Shown one piece after another: positions 23,255 through 33,895 of a stretch of 64,000 bases of DNA. Below the pieces are notes generated by a model. That model was not told the origin of the DNA. It did not search any database and saw only the letters and a program-made list of their open reading frames with translations. Positions within the stretch are counted from its first letter, which is position 1. Every line of letters starts with the position of its first letter. Made by a program: the position numbers and the translations under genes. This DNA comes from Candidatus Marinacidobacterales bacterium (lineage in GTDB: Bacteria > Acidobacteriota > Vicinamibacteria > Marinacidobacterales > SMYC01), in the NCBI GenBank assembly GCA_965237955.1, contig OZ250169.1, forward strand, positions 2,848,001 to 2,912,000, in the 5' to 3' direction.

Positions 23255-24916
23255 ATGAAGAAGATCCGCTGTGCCATCTATACGCGAAAGAGTGCGGAAG
23301 AGGGTCTCGAACAGGAGTTCAACTCCCTCGATGCGCAGCGAGAAGCCTGCGCCGCGTATGTCGCGAGCCAGAAAGCGGAGGGCTGGGTGCTGCTGCCAAC
23401 CGTCTACGAGGACGCGGGGCTCTCGGGAGGAACCCTGGAGCGCCCGGGCCTGCAGCGCTTGCTCGCCGACATCGACGCAGGTCTCGTCGAGCAGATTGTG
23501 GTCTACAAGGTCGACCGGCTGACCCGTTCCCTCTCCGACTTTGCAAAGCTCGTCGAGCGGCTCGAGGCTGCCGGCGCGGTTTTCGTCTCGGTGACTCAGT
23601 CCTTCAACACCGCGACCAGCATGGGACGACTGACGCTGCATATGCTGCTGTCCTTCGCACAATTCGAACGCGAGGTCACGGCCGAGCGGATCCGCGATAA
23701 GGTCGCTGCCTCCAAGCGCAAGGGACTATGGATGGGCGGCCGCGTACCGCTCGGCTATGAGAAGGACGGGCGCACGCTGCGCATCAACGAGGCTGAGGCC
23801 GAAACGGTCCGGACGCTCTATGCGCTGTACCGAAAGCACGAAACGCTCCGGCAGGTGAAGGCCGAGGCGGACCGTCTGAGACTGCGTACCAAGCAACGCT
23901 TCACCGCGGATGGAACCCGAACGGGCGGGCTGCCGTTCCGTCGCGGACACCTCCACTGCCTGCTGACCAATCCTCTCTACGCCGGCCGCATCCGGCACCA
24001 GAGGCGTGTCTACGAGGGCCAGCATCCATCGATCATTGCTCCGGAGCTCTGGGACGCGGTCCAAACGCAGCTGCAGGCAGGGGCTGCCAAACCAAGGAGA
24101 CGCACGACGAAGGGCCGTGCAGCCCCCTCCCCACTGGCAGGCAAGCTCTTCGACGAGACCGGGGACCGGCTGACGCCGAGCCACACCAAAAAGAAAAACG
24201 GGCAACGGCTCCGCTACTACGTCTCCCGGCGCCTCATCCAGCACAGTGGCCAAAAGGACCTCTCCGGCTGGCGACTGCCCGCCCCGATGCTGGAACAGAC
24301 CGCCGTGCATCTCATCCGACAGCATGTGGATGCCACGACCTTCTCGGCCTCGTTGATCCACACTCCGACGATGCAAGAGCTCGCCTCGGTGCGTCGCTTT
24401 TTAGACGGGCTGTGTTCCGGCAGTAATGATGATAGTGCCTCGGCAGCCCCCCTGCTCCGTCTTATCCGGCGGGTCGACATCAGCCCTGGCTCTGTGTCCA
24501 TCCTGCTCGACCGCAATGCGTTCGCTGCTTGCCTCTCTATGGGACCTGACCGCATTCGCGAGGATGCACTCCGCATCCTCGCACCGTTCCGCTTGCGCCG
24601 ACGCGGCGTCGAGACCAAGCTCGTTCTGGGCAACCCCACGAAATCCGTCGACCGCACACTCCTGCGCAATATCAGAAACGCCCGCTCCTGGCTCGACCGA
24701 ATCAAAGCAGGCAAAACCTATGAGGAGATTGCCACCGAAGACGCCATCCCAACGGACCGCGTGCGCAAGGCAATCCGTTATGCCTTCCTGGCTCCTGACA
24801 TCGTCCGCGCCATTGTCGAAGGCCGCCAGCCCGTTGGGCTGACCTCGAGCTACCTCTTGCATCATCCGCTTCCCGACGATTGGGAGAAACAGCGAGTGCT
24901 CGTCAAAACGCTGTGA
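23255..24916 (+). CDS. Large serine recombinase (resolvase + recombinase domains)
   Basis: RCAIYTRKS catalytic Ser, SLDAQR, VYKVDRLTRS, LLSFAQFERE, GLWMGGRVPLGY, LLTNPLYAG. Confidence 0.95.
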   Translation: MKKIRCAIYTRKSAEEGLEQEFNSLDAQREACAAYVASQKAEGWVLLPTVYEDAGLSGGTLERPGLQRLLADIDAGLVEQIVVYKVDRLTRSLSDFAKLVERLEAAGAVFVSVTQSFNTATSMGRLTLHMLLSFAQFEREVTAERIRDKVAASKRKGLWMGGRVPLGYEKDGRTLRINEAEAETVRTLYALYRKHETLRQVKAEADRLRLRTKQRFTADGTRTGGLPFRRGHLHCLLTNPLYAGRIRHQRRVYEGQHPSIIAPELWDAVQTQLQAGAAKPRRRTTKGRAAPSPLAGKLFDETGDRLTPSHTKKKNGQRLRYYVSRRLIQHSGQKDLSGWRLPAPMLEQTAVHLIRQHVDATTFSASLIHTPTMQELASVRRFLDGLCSGSNDDSASAAPLLRLIRRVDISPGSVSILLDRNAFAACLSMGPDRIREDALRILAPFRLRRRGVETKLVLGNPTKSVDRTLLRNIRNARSWLDRIKAGKTYEEIATEDAIPTDRVRKAIRYAFLAPDIVRAIVEGRQPVGLTSSYLLHHPLPDDWEKQRVLVKTL

Positions 24917-25716
24917 GCCTCCAGCGCCCACTCCGTGAATCGGCTCGGTTAGCAGCAAGCTGCTCTCCGACACTGGCCTCCACCAATCAGCCTCAAACTG
25001 GCCCAAATTCCCTGTCATGGTTTCCAGACTCGGATAGCTCCTTGTACTGGACCGTCTGCGGAGTCATCTTCGTTTCCTCCATAAAACTCCGCTGGATGAA
25101 TTCGAGGTTTGGCCAATTCGAATTCCGCTATTCGCCTTCTCCTCAGGCGCGATCTAGGCGTTGAGCTTCTTCTCATTGTCTGCACGATTAAGCGCAAAAA
25201 CGTCCCGATAAGCCCCAAAATCGCCCCAAACTGCACGTTAATGGCCTGTTGTGCTCTGTTTCTGATCGTTTCCAGCCACGAACCGGAAGCTCCACTCGAG
25301 CCTCCCGACTGCGATAGCCGGAAAGATGTTCCCGTCGACGAACATTCGCTGATGAGACGTAAAGCCTTTTGCGGCAATGAGTAACGGTCGGAGCCGCCTC
25401 CGGAGGGTTTACGACACGGCCCTCTTTCAAGCGTCCAGGAGGTTGAGATTGCCGTACAAGACATTTGATTGAAGCAAATTCGATTCCGGCTCGGAACGAG
25501 CACCCGTCGATGAGATGTGCGGGGACCAGCACGTGGTTGCTTCCGTTAAGTCACTGTAAAAAAACAGGATAGAACGCTGTGGGCATCAGGGCTTCTCTGA
25601 GTTTTCGCTACATTGCCCCAACCACGCGCACGGCCAAAATTCGATCCTGACTCCCAAAATTGCCAAAATACCTTTTGCCGAGACCGGATGGCTCGAGACT
25701 GCACCATCCGCCACCC

Positions 25717-25863
25717 CGTCCTGTGCCAAAACTCGGCCCTTTTGAAATAGACCGCAAATCAGCAGCTTAGACGCCCTTGGAATCCGCGCAGAATCCAGGG
25801 TATTTCGCGCCGCAGGGCTGACTTCCGACCCATGGGCTGGCGGATGAATAAATAGAAGGCACA
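25717..25863. mobile_element. 147-bp hybrid MITE, family A end on the left and family B end on the right
   Basis: CGTCCTGTGCCAAAA ... GGATGAATAAATAGAAGGCACA. Confidence 0.75.
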
Positions 25864-26030
25864 CCCAACTCGGCGTCTTCTTGTTGCCCGCGAATGTCGG
25901 ACCCCAACGGGGAGTGGATGAAGCAGGTGGCAAGAAACCTCACGGACATGTGGGATGGTTTCCTAGTTGCTGATTAATGGCCTATTTCAAATGGGCCGAG
26001 TTTTGGCACAGGACGGGGGCGGACATCGTC

Positions 26031-27170
26031 ATGAACACCCAGGACACCTTTGCACGCATCCTGGCGTCGTTGTACGACGCCATGCTCGACGAGAGCCGCT
26101 GGCCGCCGGCCACCTCGGCCCTGATCGACGAGGCCTGCGGCCTGACAGGCAATGGCCTCATGGTCGGTGAAGGCCCGAAGAACGACGTCCGGGGGCTCTT
26201 CGTCGGGCTTTACTATCGGGGGCAGCGCCGCGAAGACCTGGAGCGCGAGTACCTCAAAACCTACCATCCCATCGACGAACGGGTGCCGCGCTTCCGGCAA
26301 CTGCCGGCCCGGCGCCTGGTGCACATCACCAACCTGTACACGGCCGAGGAGTTGAAGACCTCACCGACCTACAACGAGATCCTGCGCCGGGCCGGGATGC
26401 AGGACGGCCTGAACGTCCGGCTCCCCGGGCTGGACGGCTCCCACATCGGCTGGGGCCTGAACGATCCCGTCGACTCGGAGGGCTGGGGGCCGTCGCGGAT
26501 CGCGATGGTCCAGCGGCTGCTGCCCCATATCCAGCAGTTCGTCCGCGTCCGGCAGGCGCTGGTCCGCGCCGAGGCGCGGACCACGACCGTGACCGCCCTG
26601 CTCGACAACCCGCGGATCGGCCTCCTCGAACTGGACCGGCGCGGGCGGATCCTGGCGGCGAACGACCGCGCCCACACCATCCTGCGGCACGGCGATGGGT
26701 TGGTGGACCGGGACGGGATGCTGCGCGCCCGCGCGCCGGCCGACCAGGTCCGTCTCGAACGGCTGGTGGGCGACGCGCTGCCGGCCGCTGGCGCGGTCGC
26801 GGTCAGTGGGTCGATCGTGCTCCGCCGCTCGGCCGTGGTGCCGCCGTTCGTGGTGCACGTCAAGCCGGTGGGCGTCCCGCACCCGGACCACGGTGCGCGG
26901 CACGTGGCCGCGCTCGTGCTGATTGTCGAGCCGGGGCGCCAGCATCGCATCAATCCCGACCTGGTGGCCACGACCCTGGACCTGACGCCGGCGGAGACGC
27001 AGGTGGCGGTCTGGTTGGCGGAAGGCAAAAGCGTGCGCGACATGGCCGAGGCGACGGGGCATACGGACGCCGCCATCTACTGGCACCTGCAGCGGATCTA
27101 CCAGAAGCACTCCCTCTCGCGGCAGGCGGACCTGGTGCGGTTGGTGCTGTCGCTCGCCGAGATCGGATGA
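26031..27170 (+). CDS. LuxR-family HTH regulator with PAS/GAF-like N-terminal region
   Basis: LDLTPAETQVAVWLAEGKSVRDMA...HLQRIYQK...RQADLVRLV; begins 15 bp after a family A end. Confidence 0.9.
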   Translation: MNTQDTFARILASLYDAMLDESRWPPATSALIDEACGLTGNGLMVGEGPKNDVRGLFVGLYYRGQRREDLEREYLKTYHPIDERVPRFRQLPARRLVHITNLYTAEELKTSPTYNEILRRAGMQDGLNVRLPGLDGSHIGWGLNDPVDSEGWGPSRIAMVQRLLPHIQQFVRVRQALVRAEARTTTVTALLDNPRIGLLELDRRGRILAANDRAHTILRHGDGLVDRDGMLRARAPADQVRLERLVGDALPAAGAVAVSGSIVLRRSAVVPPFVVHVKPVGVPHPDHGARHVAALVLIVEPGRQHRINPDLVATTLDLTPAETQVAVWLAEGKSVRDMAEATGHTDAAIYWHLQRIYQKHSLSRQADLVRLVLSLAEIG

Positions 27171-27795
27171 GGGCGGCGCGGGCGTGATCCGCGCGGGTGC
27201 GGTAGACGTTGACGGCCTCGACGCCCTCGGCCTGCCGCGCGTCGCGCTGCGCGTGGCCCGGCCAACCGGCGGCAGGCGCCCGGCCCGAGTGCGGCACACC
27301 CTTGAATCACACGGCGCGCGCGCGCCCACCGGTGCCGGGTGCGGTCGGCCAGCTCGGCCCCGTGGCGGCACTGGTCGGCGTGTGTGGCGGCATGGGTCGC
27401 CACCGTGTCCCATGCCTCGGCCGCGGGCGCGGTTCGCGGTCGCGGCGTCGGTCGCGGCGTCAGCGACCTGGGCGGCGCGCGCGTGGTGCGCCGCGGCGGT
27501 GCGTGCCTCGTCCGCTTTCACGGCGCGGGCGCGCATCAGGTCGAGCGCCTTGCTCGCCTTGGTGCTCAGCGCGCTGGCGGTGGTGATTGTCTTCGGCATC
27601 GGCTGTGGTGTCCTTTCTGCGCGGGGGCTCGTCGGGGATTCCGTCCTGGCCGCCGATGAGGTCGATGAGCGCGGTCCTGTGCCGGCGTCGCCGGTCCTTG
27701 ATGGCGATCAGGTGCTGCTCCCGCTGGTCCATCCGCGCGATCGCCCGATCGAACAAAGGGAGCGCCGTCGTCAGCTCGGGCGATGGCGTCGTCGT

Positions 27796-28306
27796 CGTCC
27801 TGTGCCAAAACTCGGCCCTCTTGAAATAGACCACAAATCAGCAGCTTAGTGTCTGTGTTTGCGACCGGACCAAGGGCCGTAGGCTTTACAATCGTCTGGC
27901 CCGAGGGTGTTATCTTCAGATCCATGATGACGTACCACGTGCAATTCCTCGTCCTGTGCCAAAACTCGGCCCTTTTGAAATAGCCGATTAATCAACAGCT
28001 TCGTGTCTGTGTTTGCGACTGGGCCAAGGACTGTAGACTCTACAATCGTCTTGGGCGGGCAGGTCATCACCATGCAGATGACCACCTAGTCGAGAGCGAA
28101 TATCGAAGCGTGTTCCTGAAGCGGTTTCCACGCTACGCTGAGCGGGCCCACCGAGGGGCTACCGTCGCCAGCAACCATCTACGCGGCACGGCAGTTGTAC
28201 TTGAGAATGCCCGTCGTGTCCAAAAACACGAACGCACTCACCACCTCGGACCTTTGGGAGGTGCAAACTGCTGACCCGCTGGGCGTTCGAGTATTTGGAC
28301 CAGACG
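27796..28306. mobile_element. Family A left-end fragment (27796), family A right-end fragment (27950) and a 95-bp family C MITE (28212-28306)
   Basis: Matches to 16919-17070 and 18090-18348; MITE has imperfect 24-bp IRs. Confidence 0.85.
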
Positions 28307-28310
28307 GCAT

Positions 28311-29486
28311 CTATTCGTCGGTCTGCCCGCGGCCAGCCTGTCTGTCCAGACCGAGGACATCCAGCGTCTCATTCAGATCAGAAGCGACCTGACTTGGACG
28401 ACTACGCGCAAGAACGACGGACCGTTTCCAAGACAATGCTTCCTTAACGATCTCTCCAATTCGCAAGGATGACACCTCCCGCGTGCCGATCCAGCCATCA
28501 CGCACGAGGTCAGTGAAGAGAGTGTTGGTTAGGTGTCTCCCTGTGTTCTCGAAGGTGACGACCCGCCCTCCCTGAGGCCCCCGCAGTGACACATCATCGA
28601 GTATCGCTTCCACAAATTGGCGGGGCAGATACATCCCAGGCAAGAGACTTTCTGAAAGCACCTCTAACTGAACTCGCGTACAGAGCTTGAAGTAGAACCC
28701 GTCGCCGCACAAACGGTAGCTCGACGGTCCACACTCTACCTGCCAGGCGTCAGGCTCGTCGATTCGGAACTGCTGCATTTTTCTCAGTTGGCGGTCGAAT
28801 GACACATCGGGCCGATAGTGCCGTTGCTCCATGAGCTTGTACTGCACCATTGTCCAGGCATTGAACATCTCATTAAAATAGAGCAGATCAACGCCCAGCG
28901 ACTCCTCAATCCTGTGTCTGTTGACGTTAAATACCTCTAGTTGCCGGTCGTCCAGTTGAAATACTGCTCCCAAAACCGTGTGGCGAGTTCGGGTCGCACC
29001 GGCGAAAAACGAGGCGTCCTTCGCAATAACCTGATCTTCGATCGTCTGAACGGGCAGACCGCCAAGAAACGACTTCAGTCTGTCGCCCTCTGATGGCGTC
29101 CATTCCTGCAAGGCACGCTTCCGGAGGCGTCTTGATGGATCAAACGTGTCCAGGGCGAGGCCAATCGTGTCCCGCTGCTGCGCTACGATCATCACACCAG
29201 GTCGGTCAATCCGTTCGCGACTTTGGTCGCGCTGACGCTCAAGCCGCTTAAGAACCTCCAGGGATGATGGATCAATCACACCGACGGCGCGCTTCATATC
29301 ACGCCAGGTCCCCGGAGGCACCCGCCCACCCACACCCGATAGGACGCTCACGATATTCCACCGGACTCGTGAATCCATTAGTTGCTCTACCTCAGCGAGA
29401 GGAATCCTGGTGTCCGCAACGCAAGTGAACTCGAGAAGGTGCCCCCACCATAGTTGAAGGTTCGAGGTGGTGGCGGCTCCTGACAC
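28311..29486 (-). CDS. Hypothetical protein, possible PD-(D/E)xK-like nuclease; start uncertain, probably 5' truncated
   Basis: 391-aa ORF; 'EESLGVDLLYFNEMFNAWTMVQYK' resembles an E..D..QxK active site. Confidence 0.55.
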   Translation of the reverse strand: MSGAATTSNLQLWWGHLLEFTCVADTRIPLAEVEQLMDSRVRWNIVSVLSGVGGRVPPGTWRDMKRAVGVIDPSSLEVLKRLERQRDQSRERIDRPGVMIVAQQRDTIGLALDTFDPSRRLRKRALQEWTPSEGDRLKSFLGGLPVQTIEDQVIAKDASFFAGATRTRHTVLGAVFQLDDRQLEVFNVNRHRIEESLGVDLLYFNEMFNAWTMVQYKLMEQRHYRPDVSFDRQLRKMQQFRIDEPDAWQVECGPSSYRLCGDGFYFKLCTRVQLEVLSESLLPGMYLPRQFVEAILDDVSLRGPQGGRVVTFENTGRHLTNTLFTDLVRDGWIGTREVSSLRIGEIVKEALSWKRSVVLARSRPSQVASDLNETLDVLGLDRQAGRGQTDE

Positions 29487-29588
29487 ATGGTTTACCCGAC
29501 TTTGGCGTGCTTGTCGAGCGCTTGATTCTCAGTGACCTCCGCTAACTTCGCTTCGAGGATCGGTAGCGATTGGTATCCAATGATACGA

Positions 29589-29702
29589 TGCCTTGGTGCA
29601 TAACTCTGGACAACTCTAAAGGAATCAGCAGGTTACGTTTTTGGTGCAAAAATAGCAGAGTCAATGGAATCAATGACTTACCTGTATTTATGCACCAAGG
29701 CA
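29589..29702. mobile_element. 114-bp IS5-type MITE (inverted copy of 6708-6821)
   Basis: Sequence identity, perfect 15-bp IR. Confidence 0.9.
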
Positions 29703-29745
29703 CTCTATTCCTGGAATCCATCTTATCTTGCCGAAAATGGATCCC

Positions 29746-30042
29746 CGTCCTGTGCCAAAACTCGGCCCTTTTGAAATAGGCCATAAATCAGCAACTTAGT
29801 GTCTGTGTTTGCGACCGGGCCAAGGGCCGTGGGCTTTACAATCGTCTTGGGCGGGCGGGTCGTCACCATGCAGATGACCTCCTAGTCGAGAGCGAATATC
29901 CAAACGTGTTCCTGAAGCTGTTTCCACGCTACGCCGGTCGAGCCCGCCGAGGGGCTACCGTCGCCGGCGACAATCTACGCGGCACGGCAGTAGTAGTTGA
30001 GAATGCCCCCAAGTCGCTCTCGCGACACGATGGGGCCAGCGC
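29746..30042 (-). mobile_element. Family A right end with transposase C-terminus
   Basis: Reverse complement of ~18052-18348. Confidence 0.88.
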
Positions 30043-30046
30043 GTTC

Positions 30047-31413
30047 GGATGTGTCCCGAGGTTCGTGGAAAAAGAACGGCGCCCTCCACTCCGTCATCAG
30101 GGTATCATATCAGGCGGCAGCCTCCGCGTGTTCGAGAACCTCGCTCAGACGTTGGTAGCCGTCGATGCGTCGTAGTTGAATCTGGCCAGAGGCGATAAGC
30201 CCAAACAGCAAAGCGACCGCGGACTCCTCGCTGGAGAACGACGCTTGGGTTTTCGTCCGGCGTCGAAACTCGCGGTTGAGATTCTCCAGAGCATTGGTCG
30301 TTCGAATCGATTTCCACATGGCACGAGGGAATTCGTAGAAGGTCAGCAGCTGATTACCGGCCTCCTCTAGGCTTCGGACGACGGCCGGCGCGAGAGGCGT
30401 CCACTTGGCGACGAGCTCGTCATAGGCTTTGCGAGCATCGATCCCGTTCTTGGCGTAGACGATCCGGTTGTAGTCACGCCGGAGCTCACGGCGTGCGTGC
30501 GCCGGGCAATGTTCGAGCAAGTTGGCGCGCTTGTGCTCGGTACATCGCTGCAACCGGCACCCCGGCCACTTCTCGAGCGCTTTCGTCAGCCCCTTGTGGC
30601 CGTCGCTGATCACTAGCTTGGGAGCCCGGAGTCCTCGAGCCTGGAGTCCCTCCAGCACGGAGCCCCAATGCGTCGAGGCTTCGCTCACCGCCAGACGCAA
30701 TGACAACAGACGTTTCTGCCCGTCTGGCGCGACCCCGAGCGCGACCAGTACGGGTACGCTGATCACACGTTTCGCCATCCGCACTTTCAGGTGGAAGCCG
30801 TCCAGGTAAACGATCGCGTAGACCTCCTCGCTGAGAGCACGGTTCTGCCATTCCTCGAAGCGCTCCTTCAGCCGGCTAACCACGCGAGACACCGCGCTCT
30901 TCGATAGGTGCTCCTCACCGAGCAGTGGTTTCAGCGCTTTGCGGATCCGGCGGCTATTCGCGCCCGACAAGTACGTCCCCAAGATCGCCTCGTCGACCTC
31001 ACGAGTCCGGCGCGCGTACCGGGGCAACAGCTCGCTCCTGAACTCTGTCGTTTCTCCCGTTTCCTCGTCTCGCACGCGGGCTCGTGGCACCCGGAGCTCG
31101 CGAGTTCCCACCGACGTCGTCACGCGACGGGTTTCGGCTCCGTTGCGATATCCACGGCGGTCTTCCGCACGCTCGTAGCTACCACACCCCAGCGCTTGGT
31201 TGACTTCTTCCTCGAGCACGACCTCGATCGCCTCCAGTACCCGCTTACGCAGCCGAAGTTGGACGAACTCCCGGTACTCGCTTACAGACTCCTTCGATAT
31301 GGTGGTAGGCTTCTTCATGGCGTAATCCTCCTCCTCGCCTTTACAGGCGTGGTTTGGTTTTTCTTAACCGGAGGTTACGCCATTCTTATTTCCACGGGAA
31401 TCGGGACAGATCC
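30047..31413 (-). mobile_element. IS256-family element
   Basis: Imperfect ~35-bp IRs GGAT(G/C)TGTCCCGA...; flanks GCGCGTTC / GCGCGTCC (7/8, TSD-like). Confidence 0.9.
30110..31318 (-). CDS. IS256-family transposase
   Basis: GYRNG, VYLDG, ISDGHKGL, QRCTEH, IRTTNALENLNREFRRR. Confidence 0.96.
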   Translation of the reverse strand: MKKPTTISKESVSEYREFVQLRLRKRVLEAIEVVLEEEVNQALGCGSYERAEDRRGYRNGAETRRVTTSVGTRELRVPRARVRDEETGETTEFRSELLPRYARRTREVDEAILGTYLSGANSRRIRKALKPLLGEEHLSKSAVSRVVSRLKERFEEWQNRALSEEVYAIVYLDGFHLKVRMAKRVISVPVLVALGVAPDGQKRLLSLRLAVSEASTHWGSVLEGLQARGLRAPKLVISDGHKGLTKALEKWPGCRLQRCTEHKRANLLEHCPAHARRELRRDYNRIVYAKNGIDARKAYDELVAKWTPLAPAVVRSLEEAGNQLLTFYEFPRAMWKSIRTTNALENLNREFRRRTKTQASFSSEESAVALLFGLIASGQIQLRRIDGYQRLSEVLEHAEAAA

Positions 31414-31416
31414 GCG

Positions 31417-31626
31417 CGTCCTGTCCAAAAACACAAACGAACTCAAGACTGGCGCGCCGGGACGTTTCGGATCAGAGACGTCTGAGGCTTGGTTGGCCAA
31501 TGGAAAGCTAGAATCCTAGGTCATGAGGAGGCAGAGCCAGCCCTGGACATAGTTGGTCGTCGCCATCCCTGGTTGGATCCAGCGTGACCAACAGGCCGCT
31601 ATTCGTTTGTGTTTTTGGACACGACG
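31417..31626. mobile_element. 210-bp internally deleted family C element (MITE)
   Basis: CGTCCTGTCCAAAAACACAAACG ... CGTTTGTGTTTTTGGACACGACG enclosing the transposase start. Confidence 0.8.
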
Positions 31627-31796
31627 CCTGACGATGAGAGAACTGTGTCTTCAGAATTCTGGTTCAAACTCTAGCACGCAGACCGGTTAGGGGTTGGCCG
31701 CCAACACTTAATTGCGGAAGCACCAAACTGCCTGTAACCAGGATGCTTTGGTCGTCTTCATGTAGGACGTCTTTAGGGTCGGCGTCCGCTCCATCG

Positions 31797-32518
31797 GCTA
31801 TTTCAAAAAGGCTGAGTTTTGGCACAGGACGGGTTCACCACCTCGACGGTGAACAGGTCTGTCGCAGCGATGGCGCCCCAATGAGCCTTGATGAAGGTGC
31901 TCCACGACATGCACCTGCCCCGCTCCGGCGCAGGAGCGATACCGTGCTCGGCGAGGATCCTCTTGATAGTGTTGCGTCCGAGTTCATGTCCGAGGTTCTT
32001 GAGTGCGCCTCGCAGGCGCGTATATCCCCACGTCGGGTTCTCCCGCGCCACGCGCACAATGAGCTCACGGATGTCCTTCGCCGTCGGAGGTCGGCCTGGA
32101 CTCCGGTTCTTGCTGCCATCGTACTTGGCTGCGATGAGGTGGCGGTACCAGCGCAGAAGCGTAGCGGGTGTGGCAACGGACGCAATATGGGCCAGCGCCT
32201 CGCGGCCCAAAGCCTGGGCCTTGACGGCGAGCCTGCGCCGGTCGTCGTCCGAGAGCCTGAGACGCTTGCCCCGAAGCCCGGCTCGGAGCACACGGTTCTC
32301 CTCTTGCAGGTAGTCGATCACATCCTGCTGCTGGCGGTTGACCCAGCCAGCCACAACGAGCAGTAGGAATTGCGCGTGGTACGTCATCATGGAGCTGAAG
32401 ATAACACCCTCGGGCCAGACGATTGTAAAGCCTACGGCCCTTGGCCCCGGCGCAAACACAGACACTAAGCTGCTGATTTATGGCCTATTTCAAAAGGGCC
32501 GAGTTTTGGCACAGGACG
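31797..32518 (-). mobile_element. Family A element 5' half (left end 32518), truncated by another family A end at 31831
   Basis: Near-identical to 16919-17606 in reverse. Confidence 0.9.
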
Positions 32519-32597
32519 CGGTCGGCCCTGAATGCCTCAACTTGACAGTAGTTTCCGGATTCGCAACAATAGCGCATCCTTTCCCTGGGGATTCGCG

Positions 32598-33032
32598 ATG
32601 AAGATTTATCGCCTCTGTCGGAAACCCGCCGTCACCGTCCCAGCCCTCGCTTCGGTCAAAGAAGCGCTTGAATTGATGACGAAAGAGAAAGTCGGCGCGG
32701 TCGTGGTGCTTGAGAACGAGGAGGCCGCTGGCATGTTCACGCGCCGAGATGCCATCGAGCGCGTGGTGCTCGAGAAGCTGTCTCTCGAGTCGACTCGGGT
32801 CTCGTCGGTCATGACGTCGCCGGTCGAAGTCCTCTCTCAGGACAGCGAGCTGGGCGACGCCCTGAAGATGATGGTGGCAAGGCCCTTCAACCACATCCCG
32901 GTCGTCGACTCCGAATCGAAGGTTGTGGGCCTCGCCACAACGAAGCCTCTGATGAAACAGACTATCGAGAAGCTCTCAGACGAGGTGGGGTCACTCGAAG
33001 CCTACATCACCGCCGACGGGATTGGTGGTTGA
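32598..33032 (+). CDS. CBS domain pair protein
   Basis: VKEALELMTKEKVGAVVV...GMFTRRD...VMT...HIPVVD; ends AYITADGIGG. Confidence 0.9.
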   Translation: MKIYRLCRKPAVTVPALASVKEALELMTKEKVGAVVVLENEEAAGMFTRRDAIERVVLEKLSLESTRVSSVMTSPVEVLSQDSELGDALKMMVARPFNHIPVVDSESKVVGLATTKPLMKQTIEKLSDEVGSLEAYITADGIGG

Positions 33033-33109
33033 CGGGTTCTTTCGCCATCAGCTTGCCGAAACCCTCTAAGTGCATGTTCTTTCGCCATCAAGTGCTAGCG
33101 ACTGCGGGC

Positions 33110-33290
33110 AGAGGCACGATGTCGGGAGAGAGCGGGTTGCGCGCCTCCGTGAACAGGAATACCTCAACCCCGAGAGCCGATGCTCTGTCGTCAGGACGTC
33201 AATGGCCTGACGACGTGCGGCCGGCGTTACCGTTTTCGGCTTAGAACATCCTTGATTGCGGCGTTCTCGAGGGCGAGTTCGGCGTACATC
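33110..33290 (-). pseudogene. IS3-family orfA/orfB junction remnant
   Basis: MYAELALENAAIKDVLSRKR. Confidence 0.6.
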
Positions 33291-33291
33291 C

Positions 33292-33895
33292 TGTGCCTTC
33301 TATTTATCCATCCGCGCGCACCGAATTTGACTTGTCCCTTCCATAAACTCGAGCTGTATGAGATTGGCGAACTGCCTACAACCAGGATGCTTTGGTCGTC
33401 TTCATGTAGGATGTTTTAAGAGCCGGTGTCGGCTCTACTCAGGGGTAGAGGTGTAAGCTGGTGCGAAGTCCGGCAGCCGTTCCGAGCGGATCGGCTCAAG
33501 CAGCGCGTCGAGAGTAATAATGATGGAGACCACCGACCTTTGGAATGGCCCTCACTTTGCCCATCGCCGGTGACTCTACCCCGTCCTGTGCCAAAACTCG
33601 GCCCTTTTGAAATAGGCCATAAATCAGCAACTTAGTGTCTGTGTTTGCGACCGGGCCAAGGGCCGTGGGCTTTACAATCGTCTTGGGCGGGCGGGTCGTC
33701 ACCATGCAGATGACCACCTAGTCGAGAGCGAATATCGAAGCGTGTGCCTGAAGCTGTTTTCACGCTACGCCGAGCGGGCCCACCAAGGGGCTACCGTCGC
33801 CGGCGACCATCTACGCGGCACGGCAGTAGTAGTTGAGAATGCCCCCAAGTCGCTCTCGCGACACGATGGGGCCAGCGTCATTCGCGCTTGCCGGC
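33292..33895. mobile_element. rve remnants: family B end (33292), transposase C-terminal fragment (33496-33581, VGGLHHYYSRRAA), family A right end (33582-33895)
   Basis: Sequence matches to the other copies in the window. Confidence 0.8.

Noticed and set aside
25015-25532. ORFs downstream of the recombinase
   Set aside because: No recognisable motif or RBS; cannot be supported.
25675-25716. tRNA fragment
   Set aside because: Only a faint resemblance to a tRNA 3' end; no cloverleaf or T-loop consensus.
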